Assembly (NCBI GenBank): GCA_025201805.1
Contig: MU619426.1
Location: 1 to 35,632 of the forward strand
From: Parasitella parasitica NRRL 2501
Taxonomy: Eukaryota; Fungi; Mucoromycota
Reading direction: 5' to 3'
Length of the DNA stretch: 35,632 bases
The position numbers were made by a program, and so were the translations under genes. The notes beneath the pieces are model-generated. The model saw only the letters and a list, made by a program, of their open reading frames with translations. It was not told the origin of the DNA and ran no database searches. Within the stretch, counting starts at the first letter, position 1. Each line of letters opens with the position of its first letter. Below, piece after piece: positions 31,146-35,632 of this stretch.

Positions 31146-33014
31146 TTATGCGGATGATTTGCTTTTGAGGCGTTTTGCTTTAGCGAGATAATCAATGTAA
31201 TTTTGCTTGCTCACTTCAGCCCGAGTCTGTAATTCTTGCAATACAAAGTCTTGTATATTTACATCAGCCTCGATATGACCAAAATCAATACGCATCTGTA
31301 CTATATTTGCACATGTAACACTGATAACTGCTGATCCTACTTTTTGAGATCCAAGTCCAAAATCCTCTTGAGATTGGAAAACAGGTGGTGAAGAGCCATC
31401 CAACTTGAGGAACATTTGGACATCAGCATCAAGTATAGACACCTTTACAAAGCACTCTTGAAAAAGCCTTTCCTTGGCGGTCCCAAACGGAATGATGTCG
31501 TCGTAATCAAAAAGAAACTTTGCATAGGTTGACAGAATCAAGAGGGACAGCGAGCTATTAGGTATATTAATTTCAAATGAATTCTCCCGATATCTTTCAC
31601 AGCCACGGAGTGTTGAATAGGAATGAAGTGTGAGCTTCTCAAGATTCGGTGAGAGCTTACTGAGCTGCGGGAGAACTCGGTTGTCGATCTTGAGATACGT
31701 TATAAATAACTCTTCGAGTTTGTTTTCCAATGCATAGGGCTTGTACCTGATTTCGCTTGTTTGGAACTCTAGCATTTTTAATGTGGGCAATGTCCCCAGA
31801 ATATAGTTAAGTGGTACGGATCCGTTAAATTGTTGTCTCATAGTCAGATCAACCAAGCTGCAATAATTGCTGCACGTTCCCAAATGATCCAGAAAGATTT
31901 TTCCAGTTTCAGCATCATTTGACAGGAAGTCTCCCAAGCAAATAACCAAACGAACAGTTCTGTCCGTTTTGTTGTCAATAATGACGTTTAATCTGGCTTG
32001 ATTTGCTAAGCTTCGTCTGACCGGCTCAAAGCTGATGGTGGGAATAACGGTGGTTCTCTTTTCGTCTAGATGGCAAATGTTGGAGAGCACAAACAGAACA
32101 TCTTGAAGATCATTAAAATAAAAATCAGCCTTAAAGTAGGACAGGTTCCTGACTGCAATAAGCATATGGATGGTGTCGATGCCACGATAAAAGTCATTAT
32201 AGCAAGTGAGACGCTGAAGGTTTGGGTATTTGTAAGCGAGATATTGTACCACGTCTGGGTAGGGTATGTCGATCGCGATTTCAGTTAAACTTTCCACCTT
32301 CTTTACACTCTGTGCTGTCCAATTCGAGAGAACTTTGTGGTCTTGTACTACGTGCCTAGGGGAGAAGATCTGTATACGCAAATGGCGCAAAAATACGCAG
32401 TTTTTCAAAACTGATTCCAATTTGCCAATGCTTTCAAAAGGGTCTGCACTCAGCGTTAATGTTTTTAGCCTCTTGAATACTTTGAGTTTGTCGAATAAAG
32501 TCTCCATGGCATCGCAAGTCATGGATGTGTCTATATGCTCCAGAGCCTCTCTAAACTCGTAGGCTACGTCTGCGTAGTATGGATCATCAAGTGGCGACGG
32601 CCTGGGTATCATCTTCATTTGATAATTGCTGCTGGGAAAAATTTTGACTATACGAAGAAAATCGGAATAAAACGCTGTAGTCAGTGTATCCAGCCTAGCA
32701 GACAAATATTGCATGTTTGAAGTAAATGACAATTCTAGCAAATCGATTATACACTGATACGGATCGCCATAGGTCCGCCCAACCTCTAGAGACTTGATTA
32801 ATTGAGCAATTTGAGGTTTTTTTACCAGTTGCTTGCATAATTTCGATATTTTAGCATTTCCAATTACACACAAATGATTGAACATGGCCTTTTCGGCATC
32901 ATTATTCCAATATTGACACACCAGTCTACATTGAGCTAAATCTGCTGCCGAATCAATGTGACTAAAGACGACCATCCATATTTCAAGCGGCAAGTGTTTG
33001 TTACAATTTGTCAT
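31146..33014 (-). CDS. F-box protein with degenerate LRR-like repeats (622 aa, intronless)
   Basis: N-terminal F-box HLPLEIWMVVFSHI...DLAQCRLVCQYWN; LxxLxL repeats (RLKTLTL, PNLQRLT, TLKMLEF, PNLEKLTL). Confidence 0.88.
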   Translation of the reverse strand: MTNCNKHLPLEIWMVVFSHIDSAADLAQCRLVCQYWNNDAEKAMFNHLCVIGNAKISKLCKQLVKKPQIAQLIKSLEVGRTYGDPYQCIIDLLELSFTSNMQYLSARLDTLTTAFYSDFLRIVKIFPSSNYQMKMIPRPSPLDDPYYADVAYEFREALEHIDTSMTCDAMETLFDKLKVFKRLKTLTLSADPFESIGKLESVLKNCVFLRHLRIQIFSPRHVVQDHKVLSNWTAQSVKKVESLTEIAIDIPYPDVVQYLAYKYPNLQRLTCYNDFYRGIDTIHMLIAVRNLSYFKADFYFNDLQDVLFVLSNICHLDEKRTTVIPTISFEPVRRSLANQARLNVIIDNKTDRTVRLVICLGDFLSNDAETGKIFLDHLGTCSNYCSLVDLTMRQQFNGSVPLNYILGTLPTLKMLEFQTSEIRYKPYALENKLEELFITYLKIDNRVLPQLSKLSPNLEKLTLHSYSTLRGCERYRENSFEINIPNSSLSLLILSTYAKFLFDYDDIIPFGTAKERLFQECFVKVSILDADVQMFLKLDGSSPPVFQSQEDFGLGSQKVGSAVISVTCANIVQMRIDFGHIEADVNIQDFVLQELQTRAEVSKQNYIDYLAKAKRLKSKSSA

Positions 33015-33939
33015 TTTAATCGAGTTGCAGAATTTTTTTGGTTTTTTTAAAAAAACAGCCGTTACACATTTTGGCTAGCGTTTTATATGTCAAATCATCA
33101 AATTTTAATAAACAACTTAAATTCTTGACCTGAACTTGTTTCGCATGACAATGAGCTGCAATGACATGATCTGTGTTCTGGGTTTTCATGACAACCTTTT
33201 TGGCGTCTCTAAGCAAGTCTTACCCAATTCAAGAAGCATTTTGAATGATGCAAGGCTGCTTCTTAAACATGTTACTACATATACCGTATTGCAGGAACCG
33301 AAAATAAAATAATGCAGGAGAGAAATTCGGTCTGCTCTTAATTAAAGGTAATTACTATGAAATACACATTGTTAGCATGCACAGTGACGCTTGCATATTT
33401 TCTCGTTTATTTTAAAACCACTTGTAAATACCTCAGCTGTGATGATTTCAACTTGTATAAAAGTGTGCTGCATCTCTAATGCTTACTACTGTATCACATT
33501 CCCAAAATATACGACTTCGTTGATACTAGTTTTGCTCCAATTGCATATTTATATAATTCCGTTATTTGTATTAGATAGAGATCATACCATTTATATCATC
33601 ATTACGGAGCAACAAAACCTATAAGATAAGCGTAATTTACCAAAATACTAAAATCCTGAAATATCTGATTTATGATTATCATAAATTTTACTATGGACAT
33701 CAGTAGGAACGGAAATATTGATTTTAATGACATTTTGATTTAAAAGCGAATTTAACTACTATATTATGTTGGCTCGAACTGAAATTTCTTACAAAGTACG
33801 ATCTGTGTAATACAGTTCCTGTATAACATGATTTGGAAAGGAACTTGTAAAAATTTGAGCATGTCTTAATTATAACATCTCTTCCCCATTATTAATACTC
33901 AAAGAAAAATAATTACAAAATATAATATTGATCACAATT

Positions 33940-34775
33940 ATATTGAAGATGATTTGGTACTTTTATTGCGTGCTAGGAGTATGCGTGAATCTACCAAAAG
34001 ACAAAGAATAAAATATGGGCGTTTGATTTTGGAGAGACTGAGCGATCGAAAGTGCAAGGCAATGTTTTGCTTCACTCTTGGAGAAGTCCAGCGCATCTGC
34101 AAAACTTTAAAGCAGGATTTTATCGCCAGATTTAATGGTGTAAGCAGAAAATCATTTTGCAATGACTACGCTTTTGTTCACTCACGCCTTCCCTCGAAGA
34201 CTTGTAGACATCAACGAATACTTTGGTGCATCCAAATGCAACGCATCGAGAATACCAAATGGGATATCTGAAATAATTTTTGAAAAAAATCAAGTTCGGT
34301 CTTAAATTTGATGAAAGGCAGTTCTTTAAAGAAAACTGTGAAGGATTTGCAAAAGCAATTTTTGAAAGAAGAGTATACTATTCGGATTCATTGACGGTAA
34401 AATGTAGCAGATATACTGACTCACTAGTAATGACGTGCAGGAACAAAATGTAAAACGGCTGGAAGCACATCGATTGCAACAAGTTTCAGGCGATTTCTAC
34501 ACCTGATGATATTACTGCTAGCTTGTGTGGACCATACTTTGGATGACGCAACGATTGAGGAATGTTGAACGAAAGCTAAATAAGTGAAAGACTATCAGCC
34601 CAGTTCAACAGCATTGCCCCTAACAAAAGTATGTTATTTATGTTGACGAAGGATACTCTGGGAGTAGTCAAATAGTTGTCCCGTACAGCTTGCCATTTCC
34701 TAACGAACTTGAACAAGAAACAAATAAGTCTTTACCCAAATCACGTGTAGCAATTGAAATAAAATTTGGGAAAGC
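33940..34775 (+). pseudogene. PIF/Harbinger (DDE_Tnp_4, HARBI1-like) transposase pseudogene
   Basis: Frameshifted motifs CKAMFCFT, AFPRRLVD, FGFIDG (34381-98), NGWKH, KFQAISTPDDITASLCGPY, YVIYVDEGY and NKSLPKSRVAIEIKFGK (to 34773). Confidence 0.85.
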
Positions 34776-35096
34776 TGATCTGCCATAATGTAGGATAGGA
34801 GATCATCATAGTGTACTTCAATTAAAGATTGGAGATTGTCCAATGATGTGTTGTCATACTTGTCGAAACAGGGGAATAAAGTCTTTGTTTCAAATCAGGA
34901 AGGTTATCTGTAACACGGATCTGTATAATTGACAAACAATAAGGTACTGTCAGATCAAAGATCAATAGCCTTGCAGTATAATAATACATCGTACCCTGTT
35001 AAGGATATGATGTTGCTTGCAAATTATTCTTATCGATTAGTATCGACTAGTCTTTTAAATACGTCACCAAAAATTTATGTAGTTGTAAAAAGTATA

Positions 35097-35433
35097 TGTT
35101 GTCTCCATATAAAGGCTACATATGTCATATCTAAATTAGTCATAATGCACGGATCATGATATTAATTATTGGTAATTCCTTTACAAATAAGGAATAAGCT
35201 ATAAGTTGTAATTGGACCTCTTGCAAGGTTTCACGCTTATTCAAAGAATACATCTAGATCAGATCGCGGGCGGGAAGACATCCTATACCCAATCTTCTCT
35301 TTAATGTAAAATAGAAAGATAGGTCTGTCTTGAAAATGCTGTGATTTAATAAGGTTTGGCACTTCTTGTCAAACATCAGATGTTATGTGGATAAACATTG
35401 ATTAGGATATATTTTAGTATAAATAGAGATCAT
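35097..35433 (+). mobile_element. Second copy of the LTR-like repeat, interrupted after its TATA box
   Basis: Near-identical to 2548-2683; homology starts at TGTTG and stops at ...AGAGATCAT, where a new TGTTG-starting sequence begins (35434). Confidence 0.75.
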
Positions 35434-35632
35434 TGTTGTTGTTTAGAATAACAAAATATAGCCAGAAAAATACAATTAGAACTGAATATATTTATTATGC
35501 TATTCCAAGATTGAATGAATCCTTAAACTAGTGTATGTTGCAGCGAAACGCAGTAAAAAAAGTGTAAAAAAGCAAGATACGATTAAAATCCTTCTTTATT
35601 TTGAAAGTAGATTGAATGTGCAATAAGCTGTT

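Overview
AT-rich eukaryotic (fungal, Mucorales-like) genomic window with short spliceosomal introns. A core of intact host genes lies between about 6.7 and 33 kb: a Thr-rich hypothetical, TIM10, an HPC2/ubinuclein-like gene, SHE9/MDM33, an INCENP-like IN-box gene, FZO1, phospholipase D (SPO14/PLD1), MPP10, a hypothetical and an F-box protein. It is flanked and interrupted by decayed mobile elements: a complete-ended, internally deleted Helitron carrying a nested LTR-like repeat (second copy at 35.1 kb), Tc1/mariner transposase remnants, a PIF/Harbinger transposase remnant and a restriction-endonuclease-fold pseudogene. The most notable signal is two decayed Fanzor1 (eukaryotic TnpB-like, RNA-guided RuvC nuclease) genes that the ORF track shows only as fragments or not at all. 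The minus-strand copy at about 23.1-24.5 kb keeps all three RuvC acidic residues and a spliceosomal intron, and is followed by a compact 59-nt four-way-junction RNA candidate (putative omegaRNA scaffold). The plus-strand copy at about 4.9-5.2 kb sits directly behind a Tc1/mariner transposase and shares the same intron position. All family assignments come from motif recognition by eye; no database search was run.
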